NCBI GenBank assembly: GCA_030867685.1
Contig: JAQOWU010000008.1
Location: 2,976,001 to 3,040,000 of the forward strand
Direction: 5' to 3'
DNA from: Wickerhamiella versatilis
Lineage: Eukaryota
DNA: 64,000 nucleotides
Position 1 is the stretch's first letter. Each line of letters opens with the position of its first letter. A program made the translations under genes and the position numbers. Positions 20,196 to 31,645 of this stretch are shown here, piece after piece. The notes under the pieces were generated by a model. The model searched no databases. It had not been told where the DNA came from and saw only the letters and a program-made list of their open reading frames with translations.

Positions 20196-21851
20196 ATGGA
20201 TCGACGAACCCTCGGCATAGTTGGCGGCGGCCAACTAGGTCGTATGACGATGGAAGCCGCTCATAGGCTTAATGTCAGGACACTGGTCCTTGATAAGAAG
20301 GATGCACCGGCGACGCAAATTAGCTCTGAAAGTCATGTTGAAGGTGCTATTAATGACTCCACGAAAGTTAAGGAACTTGCCGAGAAATGCGACATATTGA
20401 CCATCGAAATTGAACATGTGGATACAAAGTCGCTAGCAAACTGCGGAAAGCCGGTGGCACCATCGCCTGATAGCATCGCCCTTATACAGGACAAGTTCCG
20501 GCAAAAGCAGCATCTCCAGCAGCATGGCCTCCCTACCCCTGAATCTGAGGCTGTTTCTGCCGATCGTGAATCGCTGGCGAACTTTGGAGCGAAATATGGG
20601 TTCCCTTTCGTCCTTAAGTCCCGCCGTGATGCTTATGATGGGCGAGGCAACTCAGTTGTGAGGAATGCGGATTCCATTCCAAGGGCCCTTGAAGAGCTGC
20701 ACGACCGCGAGCTCTACGCAGAGAAATGGGCACCATTTACCAAGGAACTGGCGGTCATGGTCGTTCGCTCTTGGGATGGAGCAACGTATTGCTATCCCGT
20801 TGTCGAGACAGTACACAAGGATAATATTTGCCATACAGTGTTTGCGCCTGCACCGGTCAGCAATGCTGTAGAAGTTGCGGCAGAGGAACTGTCTAGGGCG
20901 GCCGTGGCTTCTCTCAAAGGTGCTGGCGTCTTTGGCGTTGAGATGTTCTTGCTCGAGGATGATACACTGCTGATCAACGAAATCGCTCCTAGACCTCATA
21001 ATTCGGGCCACTACACCCAGAATGCATGTGCGACATCTCAGTTTGAAGCCCACGTCCGAGCTTGCATGGGTCTACCAATGCCTGCGGGATTCACCAACTT
21101 TATCACGCCCAGTACTCACGCAATCATGCTCAATGTTCTTGGATCAGATGTTTATGATGGCGAATTGGAGCTTTGTAGGCGTGCGTTGGAATTACCAGGC
21201 TGTGCTGTTCATCTCTATGGCAAGTCCTCCCGTCCTAAACGCAAGGTAGGTCACATCAATATAACTGGGGACTCTATGGCCGCTTGCGAGTCCAAGTTAG
21301 CTTATATCCAAGGCGATGTGAAGACTTTAGCACCACAGCCTGAGGTGGGCGTTATCATGGGCTCTGACAGCGATCTCCCGGTTATGCGTCAAGCCTGCGC
21401 ACAATTGGAGAAGTTTGGGATACCTTATGAATGTAGCATCGTCAGTGCCCATCGCACGCCAACCAAAATGGCTGCCTATGCCTTCACAGCTGCAGAACGT
21501 GGGCTTAAGGTTATCATTGCTGGTGCAGGTGGGGCAGCTCACCTCCCTGGCATGGTCGCGGCTCAAACCTGTCTACCAGTTATAGGTGTTCCAGTGAAGG
21601 GATCATGTCTTGGGGGTGTTGATTCATTATACTCTATCGTGCAGATGCCCAGGGGAGTGCCTGTCGCGACAGTGGCCATCAATAATGCTACTAATGCAGG
21701 GTTGCTTGCGGTGCGTATACTGGGCTCGGCATCATCTAAAATATTGGGCGAATTGGATGAATTTGCCACAGCACAAGCGCAGGAAGTCTACGATAAGGAC
21801 GAGAAGCTATTGGAGGCAGGACCAGAAAATTACAGCTGGCCGCCAGCTTAA
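20196..21851 (+). CDS. ADE2: Phosphoribosylaminoimidazole carboxylase (PurK-PurE fusion)
   Basis: [49 protein letters not shown] and [12 protein letters not shown]. Confidence 0.98.
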   Translation: MDRRTLGIVGGGQLGRMTMEAAHRLNVRTLVLDKKDAPATQISSESHVEGAINDSTKVKELAEKCDILTIEIEHVDTKSLANCGKPVAPSPDSIALIQDKFRQKQHLQQHGLPTPESEAVSADRESLANFGAKYGFPFVLKSRRDAYDGRGNSVVRNADSIPRALEELHDRELYAEKWAPFTKELAVMVVRSWDGATYCYPVVETVHKDNICHTVFAPAPVSNAVEVAAEELSRAAVASLKGAGVFGVEMFLLEDDTLLINEIAPRPHNSGHYTQNACATSQFEAHVRACMGLPMPAGFTNFITPSTHAIMLNVLGSDVYDGELELCRRALELPGCAVHLYGKSSRPKRKVGHINITGDSMAACESKLAYIQGDVKTLAPQPEVGVIMGSDSDLPVMRQACAQLEKFGIPYECSIVSAHRTPTKMAAYAFTAAERGLKVIIAGAGGAAHLPGMVAAQTCLPVIGVPVKGSCLGGVDSLYSIVQMPRGVPVATVAINNATNAGLLAVRILGSASSKILGELDEFATAQAQEVYDKDEKLLEAGPENYSWPPA

Positions 21852-21960
21852 ACTTTTGTCTTTATCTGAATAACTAGTGTAAGTTGGTTTGAGTTTTACA
21901 TAGATATTACACTTAACCTATGATGGTTCAACTAAGGGTCAGTTTAGAGTCTAAACCAAG

Positions 21961-24018
21961 TTACGCGCTTCGGAAGTATTGCAGAGTGAAATCAATACCC
22001 ACGGCGGCTGCGAGTGAAACACAAATAATCGCCGGTCCATATGGATCATCGTAGCGGATTGCCTGGCGCTCACGGATTGCTCGCAATCGGTAAATATATA
22101 TACCTATCGAATAGGTAATGGTCCCAACCGCTACAACAAAGAACATCAGTGATGCTCGCACAGCCAAATCATTACCATAATTCAGAAGTGTGGCTGCCAT
22201 TGCCCCCAACAAGATGCCTATTTCAATCCACGACAAGAATGTTCGTTCATTAGCGAAATATACCTTGGGTTCGACGCGCACAGGAACGCAAATACGCTTG
22301 CCCTTGGGGACCTTCAAGTCATCAACGTACTCAGTGTTCTCGGGATCCTTGGCAACTCGAACGTCATATCCCATCACATCGCAGACCTTACCGACAAGCC
22401 TTTGCCACAAAGGAACGACAGTAGACCTGGAAGTTCCATTTCCTAGAAGAGGACTTGACTCTGTTGCATTGGGAGCCGCATTGGGTTCTGCGAATTGTAC
22501 CAGTCCCTGCTGTCCCTGTCCTTCCGAGTGAATCCCGTACTGCGAATTTGGCTGCTTGCGAATATCAATGCCCATTTGAGGCAGCCAGAAAGGAATCAGC
22601 TGGACTTTACCTGGCAATAAGCTGGAACAGCCGTGAATGAACTTCGAAAACTTAGGCACAGCCTCTACAAGGTGCGAAGCAACCAGATCCCTAATCCATT
22701 TAGGTGGCTCCTGTCCAAGTTGGGTCTGGAGCTTAACCTCGAGAACTGCGTACGGAAACCTCTCAATATCACTATCAGGAAGCTGACTGAACGGATAGTC
22801 CACACCAATATCCATACGCCTCCAGTTATTATGTGCACGATCGAGGCCATCGAAGTTGTCCTCACGAACCATGGAAAGCTCGGTATCAAGTGATATTCTT
22901 ACTCTTGCATCACCAGGAAGTTGGAATGCAGTACGGTTGTAGAATGAGCGCATGACGGGACGCAGACGGTCATGAATCACACGGTACTGAATTTCACGGG
23001 CAAGTCTTTCCAGATTGTCAATTTCCTTCTTAGACTTCCTTCCATCACGTCTGGCCTTTGCAAATGCCTCCTCAACGGTATACTTGCCAGACATGAAGTC
23101 GTTCACGTGCTTTTCCTTGAGACTGAATCTAGCCTTCACGGACTTCTCACCTGTCCAATCTTCACGATGTGTCTTTCTCTCAACGAATATAGTATCCGTC
23201 TTCATTCCACCGTACCAACGCATACGAATGGCCTCAGCACCTTCGCTTTTCTCAAGACGGCCGCGGTATAAATCCAAATGCGAATTGTCGTAGTAGATAG
23301 ATGTAATCGCATTATCTTCGCTCTCAAACTCTTTATTAGGGTTGAACACAAGTACAGGTAAATGCTTGAGAATGATTAATTTCAATTCAGTTATGTTGTC
23401 AGGGTGTACCCAGTATTTCGTTGTCTGACGAACAAAATTCTGCTGCGACCCACCGGCACTTGCATCTCCAGCAAACGGGTGTCCTCTAGTTCGAACAAGA
23501 TCGTAAAGTTTCGAAAGCTGCACAATCAAGAGATCGAAATTCTCCTTGAAGAATGGCTTAGAGTTCATATGACCCGTGAAGATGGGCTTGAGGTTCCAAT
23601 GCGTCACTTTATCGTGCTTCTTGACAATTTTCTGGAAACCTGTATAGTTCAGTTGTGAGAATTTAGCGAGGTCATGCACATCGGCAATGATGGTAGATAG
23701 CATTTCCTCGAGATCTTCGAACTCGGCCTCCTCGACAGATTGCGGATTGGATTCCGCATCCTGGAGAACTTTCTTGACATCCTTGTCTGCCTGTTTTATT
23801 CTCCGATTTATCTCATTGCTTTTGACTTTTTGAAATGTGTATACCTTGTCGAGCTCAGCGTCAAGCAGTCCAACATATTTCTCTTCTGCAGCACCATTCC
23901 ACCCATTGTCATTCAGGACAAGATTCTTGGCAAGTTCATGTTTCAGCTCATCATAATTCATATAGTAGTAGGCATAGTCCTTGATGAGGCTCACCTTTAG
24001 TTGTTCGCCAAACTTCAT
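21961..24018 (-). CDS. VTC4: Vacuolar polyphosphate polymerase Vtc4
   Basis: SPX (MKFGEQL), [22 protein letters not shown] domain, [17 protein letters not shown] and three TM segments. Confidence 0.96.
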   Translation of the reverse strand: MKFGEQLKVSLIKDYAYYYMNYDELKHELAKNLVLNDNGWNGAAEEKYVGLLDAELDKVYTFQKVKSNEINRRIKQADKDVKKVLQDAESNPQSVEEAEFEDLEEMLSTIIADVHDLAKFSQLNYTGFQKIVKKHDKVTHWNLKPIFTGHMNSKPFFKENFDLLIVQLSKLYDLVRTRGHPFAGDASAGGSQQNFVRQTTKYWVHPDNITELKLIILKHLPVLVFNPNKEFESEDNAITSIYYDNSHLDLYRGRLEKSEGAEAIRMRWYGGMKTDTIFVERKTHREDWTGEKSVKARFSLKEKHVNDFMSGKYTVEEAFAKARRDGRKSKKEIDNLERLAREIQYRVIHDRLRPVMRSFYNRTAFQLPGDARVRISLDTELSMVREDNFDGLDRAHNNWRRMDIGVDYPFSQLPDSDIERFPYAVLEVKLQTQLGQEPPKWIRDLVASHLVEAVPKFSKFIHGCSSLLPGKVQLIPFWLPQMGIDIRKQPNSQYGIHSEGQGQQGLVQFAEPNAAPNATESSPLLGNGTSRSTVVPLWQRLVGKVCDVMGYDVRVAKDPENTEYVDDLKVPKGKRICVPVRVEPKVYFANERTFLSWIEIGILLGAMAATLLNYGNDLAVRASLMFFVVAVGTITYSIGIYIYRLRAIRERQAIRYDDPYGPAIICVSLAAAVGIDFTLQYFRSA

Positions 24019-24044
24019 ACAGGAGGAACAACGAGCGATCTAAT

Positions 24045-24052
24045 GCACGTGC
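24045..24052. promoter_or_regulatory. Pho4-type E-box GCACGTGC upstream of VTC4
   Basis: CACGTG 27 nt upstream of the ATG of a known PHO-regulon gene. Confidence 0.6.
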
Positions 24053-24294
24053 GCCGTTTATGTAAGAGGATGTAGCTTCTGCTCAATGTTAGTAATCAGA
24101 TTAATAGCTCTTATTGATGAGATATTATTGCTAGGGCCCTTGTGTAATTAGAGACAGTAAATTAACATTATTGGCACTGGTGAGATGCTTTCTTTTTTTT
24201 TCTTCCCCAAAAGAATAGTACGTTGCTATCTGTCACACCCACTTTAGTCACAGCAAATCAGTGTGCAACTAAGCACTAAGCAGAGCAAAGCGTG

Positions 24295-25392
24295 ATGGGA
24301 TTTTGGCTTCCTGTTGATGCCCTTCCGGGTCTGCGACTCTATAAGTACTCTTCGGTGGATAATTCGCCTCTGTCGAAGTGGATCTTGAAACCTTTCTATA
24401 CTCGGCTAATTGAATGGTTTCCTAAGTGGGTTGCACCAAACCTTATCACGGTGGGAGGGCTTGCGTTCAGTGTGTTAAGTGTCGCCAAAGTTCTCTGGTT
24501 CAATCCCCAGGTATATGGTGCAGTTTTTCCCCGCTGGGTTTATTTAGCCTTTGCTGGAGAACTGTGGATGTATCAAACTCTTGACGCGCTCGACGGCCAG
24601 CAGGCCAGACGCACTGGTAGCAGTTCGCCGCTGGGTGAACTTTTCGACCATTGCGTGGATGCCATAAATACGTCACTTCAGGCATTGGTCATTTGTTCTG
24701 CTTTCCGCTGTGGACCTTTGACCTATGTTATCTCTCTATTCGCGTCAACTCTCAATTTCTATCTCAGCACTTGGGAGGAATATCACACAGGTACCTTATA
24801 TCTGTCTGCAGTGAGTGGCCCGGTAGAAGGGGTCTTAGCCCTCATAGGTATGTTTGTGGCCACTGCGGTCTTGGGACCAGAAATATGGAGCAAACCAAGC
24901 GCTCAAAGTGGGCTTCTTGGAGGGGCATCTGCAGCTATTGCTCTCAATGTACTACTTGCTTTACGCAATGTTGTAAAACAGGGGGATTTTGCTAAAAAAT
25001 TAAGAGGACTGATACCTTATTGCATTTTAACTGGGGGTTGGATACTCTGGATTTCTCTTGTACCTCAGATACTATACCAGTTCCCGATCCAAATAACCTT
25101 ATCATATGGACTGTCGTTCGCATTACTCGTGGGACGAATTATTACAGCGCATGTCGCACACCAGGAATTTCCTATGTATAACATCTTACACTTAGCCCCA
25201 TTTGTGGGTCTAGCATTCCATTATCTTGCACCAAGTTGGGGTTATTTCCCTATGCAGGGCGACATGGCTGCTCTCTGGTGCTTTGTCGGCCTATCACTGG
25301 GTGTGTATGGCTCTTTTGTGGCAGAAATCATCACAGAAATCACCACTTACTTAGACATTGGCTGCTTTTATATCAAGAAGAAGGTGGAGTAA
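24295..25392 (+). CDS. EPT1: Choline/ethanolamine phosphotransferase (Cpt1/Ept1 family)
   Basis: YKYSSVD.S.LS, APNLIT, CDP-alcohol motif DALDGQQARRTGSSSPLGELFDH and STWEEYHTGTLYL. Confidence 0.88.
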   Translation: MGFWLPVDALPGLRLYKYSSVDNSPLSKWILKPFYTRLIEWFPKWVAPNLITVGGLAFSVLSVAKVLWFNPQVYGAVFPRWVYLAFAGELWMYQTLDALDGQQARRTGSSSPLGELFDHCVDAINTSLQALVICSAFRCGPLTYVISLFASTLNFYLSTWEEYHTGTLYLSAVSGPVEGVLALIGMFVATAVLGPEIWSKPSAQSGLLGGASAAIALNVLLALRNVVKQGDFAKKLRGLIPYCILTGGWILWISLVPQILYQFPIQITLSYGLSFALLVGRIITAHVAHQEFPMYNILHLAPFVGLAFHYLAPSWGYFPMQGDMAALWCFVGLSLGVYGSFVAEIITEITTYLDIGCFYIKKKVE

Positions 25393-25534
25393 TTCCTTTC
25401 AAAAAATTCTAGTTTGGAAGTCGTTTCTCCTGTGATGCACGCTATAGGAACACTACCCTTTCCCTATTAGGACCCGCCTCAACCCCAAACCCTGACCAAG
25501 GGCGCAGATACCTCCTCCTTCTTACACCACAGTA

Positions 25535-26569
25535 ATGGCTCGCTTGATTCAGAAGACATGGGCTTTTCCACGGAAGACATTTCACGAGGGCTCAAACACT
25601 CTTGATCTTGCTTATATCACGCCATATCTTGTCGCGACGGCCAGCCCTACCCAACGCTGGCTCGAAAGCTGGTACCGCCAGCCAGTATCTGCATTGGCCA
25701 ACTATCTGACCACGCGACATGGCGATAATTGGTGCGTGTGGAATCTTGTTGAAGACAATGAGATTTCATACACACCAGAGGCCCTAAACGGCAAAGTTAT
25801 ACGCCATCCAATATTGGATCATACCCCACCACCAGTTGAGCTCTTGGCCAAAATTATTCGTGAAATTCATACTTATGTGGAGGAGGATCCACGGAATGTT
25901 GCGGTCGTTCATTGCAAGCGTGGCAAAGGGAGGACTGGTACCGTTATTTGCGCTTACCTTGTTGCTTTTCAGGGCCTGACGCTGCAGGAGGCAACCAGCA
26001 AGTTTACGGAGAGACGAATGCGTTATTGGGCCGGTCCTGGTGTTTCCATCATTTCCCAGATGAGGTACTTAGGCTATGTTACGAAAGGACTGGTCAACAT
26101 GTCCATAAGCAGTCCAATCCACCTGGTCTCTGTGACAATCCGGAATCCTCAAAGCCGCGACTTTGATGTTTCGCTTACAGATCAATTGACTGGGATACAT
26201 TTTTCGGAATGGAGTACCGCAAAACAATTGAGCCGTGAGACGGAGTTCCTGGTATTGAAACCTCGTGGGAAGCTAAGCCAGGACTTATCGGGTGATCTTC
26301 GCCTGGTGATCCAGAGCTGCTACAATGCACGAGGATTTAAGCTGCCTCACTCGTATGTTATGGCATGCTTCAACGTGCACTATGAGGGTAGGTTTCGGTG
26401 TAATTTTACGTGGACAGAATTCGATGGATCTGCGGGATCGCATTTGCGTGGGACCAAGTCTTTTGACTCGGTCGAAATTGAGTGGTCCGAGGCGGGAGAT
26501 ACTCCATCACCACAAGCTGCAACTAATTCTTTAGAATCTATAGCGCCAGAGGCTTTATCCTCGAACTAG
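25535..26569 (+). CDS. TEP1: PTEN-like phosphoinositide phosphatase
   Basis: LDLAYIT, LDH.PPP acid loop, P-loop VHCKRGKGRTG, GVSIISQMRY and a C2-like C-terminus. Confidence 0.88.
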   Translation: MARLIQKTWAFPRKTFHEGSNTLDLAYITPYLVATASPTQRWLESWYRQPVSALANYLTTRHGDNWCVWNLVEDNEISYTPEALNGKVIRHPILDHTPPPVELLAKIIREIHTYVEEDPRNVAVVHCKRGKGRTGTVICAYLVAFQGLTLQEATSKFTERRMRYWAGPGVSIISQMRYLGYVTKGLVNMSISSPIHLVSVTIRNPQSRDFDVSLTDQLTGIHFSEWSTAKQLSRETEFLVLKPRGKLSQDLSGDLRLVIQSCYNARGFKLPHSYVMACFNVHYEGRFRCNFTWTEFDGSAGSHLRGTKSFDSVEIEWSEAGDTPSPQAATNSLESIAPEALSSN

Positions 26570-26652
26570 ATTGTGTATTATTATTGTTCAACTGCGATGT
26601 TTGTGTCAGTCTGACTAAAGGCGCACTCAAGGAACTCAGAGCTCTCCGGACA

Positions 26653-28542
26653 ATGGCGGTGGACGAGATGTCTCAGACTTCAGCAGTATCTACGCCTGAA
26701 GCTGAAATGAGTAATTTGAGTATTGCGGAACCTAGGTCGTTCAACTCGTCCCATGACACGCTTGACTTTGCCCCCTCGCCAGAACAAACAACACCATTAC
26801 GCGTTGAAAAGGCTCGGAGACAGTTGAAATTCTCCTCTCTAGACTCCCCAACACATAAAAGCTCCCCTTTTGCAGCATCAAGAAGTACTTCTTTGCTGGC
26901 AGATAGCTTGTCACCAAAAGACGGTGAATCGTCGACTAATGGTGAGGGTTACCGCAAGGAATCGCCAGGTAGTCTAGATATTTCCAAGCAAAGAAAGCCT
27001 AGTACAGCTTCTAATTGGGAGGCGAACTATAGTGACTCTGCAATTTTTCGGAAAAGGCCCTCTGTGGATTTACGGGAAGCCGCTTTCGATTCTCCGCTTT
27101 CATCATTGCGACAGAGCTCTGGTGACAATCACTCGTATATCCGCAACAGTATAACACCAGAATTTCCATCAGATATTATTGAGTCCTTTTCGGAAAGGAG
27201 AGACCAAGAACCATCGGGCCACGAACTTCCGTCAGACCACGAACTGTCAAAGCATGAGGCTTCGGAAAGGAATTTTTCGAAAGGATTTGAAGATATTGAT
27301 AATATTATGTCCCCGCGTGGTCTCCTAAGCTTTGACACTTCCAACGTGGATGCCACGCGTAAGCTGGAAGAGCGTGTAAAGCACCTTGAGTCAGATAAAC
27401 TTGACTTACAGCTCAAGTTACAGGAGTATCGTGATAACACGAGTAGTAAGACAGAGATTTCACGTGTAATTTCACAGCTACGGCGTGCGGAAACACGAAT
27501 AGTTGACCTCGAAAATGCGTTGGACCGCAAAAATGATGTAATTCAGCATTTGAGCCTTCAAGCAGAGGGCTATACTGCTCAGCAGGATAGGGCAAATGAG
27601 GCCGAAAAGGTGGCAAGGGAGTCACAGGAATACGCCAAGGTTTTCCAGGAGGAGTTGAGCCATGCTGAGGAGGCCCGACACCGAAGGGATCGAGAGGTAA
27701 GCTCTGCACTGTCCGCACTTGAACACAAGCTTCCCGAAATATTCCATGGTGCCTCAAACTATACATCTGGGGATGAGGGTCTTAAGTATTTGGTTGAACG
27801 TACCCATGCTCTTGCCAATGATGCCGCCGATATTGCTTCTCATAGAAATCATTTGCAGGAAATGCTTCATAAAATCGGTGGGTTTTTAGGGGTAAGCGAT
27901 TCTTCGGATATTTCACGCGCCGTAATGAATCTTTTGGAAGAGAAGGCAAATCTCGAATACACTGTGGAGACGCAAGCAAGTGAAATGAATGAAAACGTCG
28001 CTAAATATAGCCAAGAGGCACAGGCACTCCGCGAGAAGCTCGCAAAGGTTTCGAGAGGTCCTGCAGAAATGAAAGTTTTGAACGAAGAGCTAAATGACTT
28101 GCGTGAGGAACTCCAGAGACAGCATGAGCAAGGAGCTAGTGCCTCCAAACATTTCTACTATCTTGTTTCCAGTGCCCTTTCCACAATAAATGACACCATG
28201 GGCCCTGAATTCCGAAAACAAAGCGACTCTGAGCTTCAGAATATCATAACTGAGGCTCGCGCTACTAATACATCCAAAATCCCTCGGCTCGCGCAGCTTC
28301 TTCTGAGGTACATAAGCAATCTGTCCGCTGATGCGAGAAGAGGTGGGCTTTCCCAAGATCTACAGTCCCGTGTGAAAGAATTGGAGAGCTTGCTTGCAAT
28401 TCGTCTTGATAGACTCGGTGCGGACAGGGTTTTGCGAGCACAACTCGATGATCTCCAGGCTACGCTAAAACTTGAACGAGAAAAGCGTAAATCAGAGTAT
28501 GAGGAGGCCCAAGCTACCATTTCAAGGTTGGCTGCAATGTAA
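26653..28542 (+). CDS. Centrosomin-like coiled-coil gamma-tubulin receptor (Mto1/ApsB/Spc72-like)
   Basis: Ser/Pro-rich N-terminus, CM1-like LEERVKHLESDKLDLQLKLQEY, long coiled coil, and C-terminal RVKELE..LKLEREKR..E..A resembling the Mto1/ApsB C-terminal motif. Confidence 0.55.
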   Translation: MAVDEMSQTSAVSTPEAEMSNLSIAEPRSFNSSHDTLDFAPSPEQTTPLRVEKARRQLKFSSLDSPTHKSSPFAASRSTSLLADSLSPKDGESSTNGEGYRKESPGSLDISKQRKPSTASNWEANYSDSAIFRKRPSVDLREAAFDSPLSSLRQSSGDNHSYIRNSITPEFPSDIIESFSERRDQEPSGHELPSDHELSKHEASERNFSKGFEDIDNIMSPRGLLSFDTSNVDATRKLEERVKHLESDKLDLQLKLQEYRDNTSSKTEISRVISQLRRAETRIVDLENALDRKNDVIQHLSLQAEGYTAQQDRANEAEKVARESQEYAKVFQEELSHAEEARHRRDREVSSALSALEHKLPEIFHGASNYTSGDEGLKYLVERTHALANDAADIASHRNHLQEMLHKIGGFLGVSDSSDISRAVMNLLEEKANLEYTVETQASEMNENVAKYSQEAQALREKLAKVSRGPAEMKVLNEELNDLREELQRQHEQGASASKHFYYLVSSALSTINDTMGPEFRKQSDSELQNIITEARATNTSKIPRLAQLLLRYISNLSADARRGGLSQDLQSRVKELESLLAIRLDRLGADRVLRAQLDDLQATLKLEREKRKSEYEEAQATISRLAAM

Positions 28543-28798
28543 TTTCATCAAAGTTCTAATATATTCAAAAGCAGACGCCAATCTCAATTTTACTATTTAT
28601 TACCATACCAATAGCTAAAAAAAGTCATGCTTTACCATACGAAAATCTATGGGTATAAATCTGCTATTGACTTTTTGGAGATAATGAAAAAGTTGTAAAA
28701 AAATAAGCTTCTCGGGAGGAAAAACGACCGATGAGTGCGATAGGACACCAGGAGGTTTTGATTAGTCAGTTTGTTTACTTTCAGTGGCCGAGGTGAAG

Positions 28799-31549
28799 AT
28801 GCCTGTTGAGGCTTCGCCAAGCCACCAAAAAGTGAATTCTGTCGATGTACCGCAGACACCATCTGGAAAAAATAAGAGCATGGGATTAAGGGTGGTTTGT
28901 GCGACCCCTCATCGCGGTAAACGTGCTCTCGATAACTATTCACTTGGGGATAGGATAGGTCGAGGAGCCTTTGCGGCGGTATATAAAGCAATTCATTTGA
29001 AGACTGGAGAATTTGTGGCAATTAAACAAATTCCATTGGCTCGAATTAAAGCTGTGGAAAGCGTAATGGGAGAAATTGAGTTATTGCAAGCGCTTGAGCA
29101 TCCTAATATAACAAAATATCTCGGTTTCATGAAAGATAATGAAAACCTCAGCATTGTGCTCGAGTATTGTGAGAATGGATCGTTAGCTTCAATTGTAAGG
29201 AAATTTGGAAGTTTTCCTGAAAATCTTTTGGCCGTCTACATGCGCCAGGTACTAGGGGGGCTAGTGTACCTACACGATCAAGGTACCATACATCGGGATA
29301 TAAAAGGTGCTAATATTCTAACAACCAAGGAGGGAATTGCGAAATTGGCCGACTTTGGTGTTGCGACTCGGCAAGTGACCAATGGCCAACCTCATGGTGT
29401 TGTGGGCACGCCGCATTGGATGGCACCAGAAGTAGTTCTAATGCAAGAACCTACCCCTTCATGTGATATTTGGTCCTTAGGGTCTACAATTGTGGAGCTA
29501 AAAACAGGCCGGCCGCCTCATGGAGATCTTGGTGATATTGCAGCAATGTATGCTACAGTCCAGGAAGATATTCCCCCGATCCCAACAGAATCCTCTGGAT
29601 CATTGCGTGATTTTCTGGGACTATGCTTTGAGAAAGACCCTGCTCTGCGGGTCAAAGCGCGTGACTTGGTTGGTCATAGGTGGATACGTAAATTTGGCGG
29701 AGACACTGGCCCTATAAAGCCACCAAATGAGGCATCACAGAAATCGCTACGTGTAATTCCATCTCGTCTGGACCTAAAGGCGGCTTTTGGAGGAGAACAG
29801 GATGATGACATTGAAGGCGCATTTCAGTCCCTGAGCTTATTCGGCCCACCTCCTAAAACAGGTGGAACTACACGAAGACAACCCGATGCTCTGGCTAGTC
29901 CACATCGTTTAAGCGATTTTGTTGACTCTAACGATGATTGGAACGACCTTGAAGGAGATCTTAAGCCCAGGGAAAGGAACTTGGAAGACATGAAGAGCAT
30001 CGATGAGGATCCATTTGATGGACTAGACGATCTGGACGATCCACCCGATGAACTTCTTGCTTTAGCAAGCGATGAAATCGATAGACTACTAGCTCATGTT
30101 ACTGAACCTCGCATTGACCTTACTATCGTACTAGCCCGATTTTCAGAACTTTTAGGAGCAGCACCGCAAGCAGTACGGGTTTTACAGCAGAGACATGTCC
30201 TTGCCAATGTGCTTCCATATATAGATCGCGAAAAAAATCTGAAAGTGTATTTATCTTTGGCGCAAGAGGTTCTAACGGACTCACAGCAACTCGAAGGCTT
30301 CTGCCTCACTGGTGGTCTTGCTTTTGTGTTGCATAATTGTGATTGGGCACCAGAGGAGTCATCTACATTATTAGAGCACTATGCCCAGAGTGTGCCTCAG
30401 CTACTTGCATTTCGTGAAGATGCTCTAGCGGCCTTGTGTCGCCTAGTAACTCCCGAAACAGGTGCAGCCGCTGCCAGATGTATTTTGGCAGTCTTCAATG
30501 CTGCCCCTCGCCTTCGTGCTGAGCTCTGGGAACAGCTCAACTCCAATTCGTTATTTCATCGAGTAGTTAATTTATTGCATGTTGCCCCAAATGATGCTCT
30601 TGAACCATTTTATCAGCTGATAGCAAGCTTCTCGCGTACCTCCCTCACGAGTATCGCAAAACACGCAACACGCCCTGCCCTTAGGAGGCTGATGCGCGCC
30701 TATGTTATATTACCACGTGCCAGCCCATATCGATTGGTCGTACTCCGCTTTTTCAGAGATACCTCAAGTTCTGCAACAGTATTGGAAGCACTTCATCGTG
30801 GTGCAGTAGCTCCCCATCTCATTAATGCTTTAAATAAGGCTCTCGGGCGTGATGAGCAGGCACATAGCGTTGCAGCTTGTTTACTTCCCACTTTTTATAA
30901 CTACTGTCGTTTAAGCCGCTCTAGACAGCGCGAAGTTGCTGAGCATGGGCTTATACCAGTTTTACAGGCTACTCTAAAGAAAGAACCGGCACTCCGTGAA
31001 TTTGCCATACCTATATTCTGCTGGTTAGCCCATGCTGCACATCCACAGTGTTTTAATGCCCTGGCTAACTCCGGCGGTCTTGAAACTATAGTAGGCCTCG
31101 TTACAGAGCCTGGATGGGAGTCCCAAGGTATGGCCGCGCTCAATGCATGGCTTATGGCTGAGTCTGATCGATTGCAAAAGCACCTGAAGGGCATATCACA
31201 TAAACTGGTGATGGCCTTGGAGCAAGCGACTGACGGAACATTCCCGGCAGTCACAGCATCGATGTCATCGCTCTTCGAGAATCATGCATTTATCAGACGC
31301 GAAGTGCTACCTCAGCCCCTTTTCAAAGCTATTAATTGCCGTCTTAATGGTGTTGATAGCAGCACAGCGGTCCAACTGCTCCAGATGGCTCTTGGTGTCT
31401 TGGAAACGCAATATTGTGGCTCTGCACTCATTGAGTCTGGACTGGCCGCGTCTCTTACGAGTCATAATGAGCTTCCTGGACTTGCGCAGAAACTTGCAGC
31501 ACGTATTCTTGCGACCACAGCTCAAGAGCAAGCCCACTCTTCACCTTAA
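28799..31549 (+). CDS. CDC15: Mitotic exit/septation kinase Cdc15/SepH (Cdc7 of S. pombe)
   Basis: STE kinase (IGRGAFAAVY, LEYCENGSL, HRDIKGANILTTK, DFGVA, VVGTPHWMAPE) plus an ARM-like C-terminus with YNYCRLSRSRQ and LREFAIPI. Confidence 0.9.
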   Translation: MPVEASPSHQKVNSVDVPQTPSGKNKSMGLRVVCATPHRGKRALDNYSLGDRIGRGAFAAVYKAIHLKTGEFVAIKQIPLARIKAVESVMGEIELLQALEHPNITKYLGFMKDNENLSIVLEYCENGSLASIVRKFGSFPENLLAVYMRQVLGGLVYLHDQGTIHRDIKGANILTTKEGIAKLADFGVATRQVTNGQPHGVVGTPHWMAPEVVLMQEPTPSCDIWSLGSTIVELKTGRPPHGDLGDIAAMYATVQEDIPPIPTESSGSLRDFLGLCFEKDPALRVKARDLVGHRWIRKFGGDTGPIKPPNEASQKSLRVIPSRLDLKAAFGGEQDDDIEGAFQSLSLFGPPPKTGGTTRRQPDALASPHRLSDFVDSNDDWNDLEGDLKPRERNLEDMKSIDEDPFDGLDDLDDPPDELLALASDEIDRLLAHVTEPRIDLTIVLARFSELLGAAPQAVRVLQQRHVLANVLPYIDREKNLKVYLSLAQEVLTDSQQLEGFCLTGGLAFVLHNCDWAPEESSTLLEHYAQSVPQLLAFREDALAALCRLVTPETGAAAARCILAVFNAAPRLRAELWEQLNSNSLFHRVVNLLHVAPNDALEPFYQLIASFSRTSLTSIAKHATRPALRRLMRAYVILPRASPYRLVVLRFFRDTSSSATVLEALHRGAVAPHLINALNKALGRDEQAHSVAACLLPTFYNYCRLSRSRQREVAEHGLIPVLQATLKKEPALREFAIPIFCWLAHAAHPQCFNALANSGGLETIVGLVTEPGWESQGMAALNAWLMAESDRLQKHLKGISHKLVMALEQATDGTFPAVTASMSSLFENHAFIRREVLPQPLFKAINCRLNGVDSSTAVQLLQMALGVLETQYCGSALIESGLAASLTSHNELPGLAQKLAARILATTAQEQAHSSP

Positions 31550-31645
31550 GTTAATGAACCGAGCATTCCCCAAGAGGAGTATCATATATGTATTTAAGTT
31601 AAGTCATCCTAATTATATCCGCTCTAATAATTCTTGGCTGAATGC

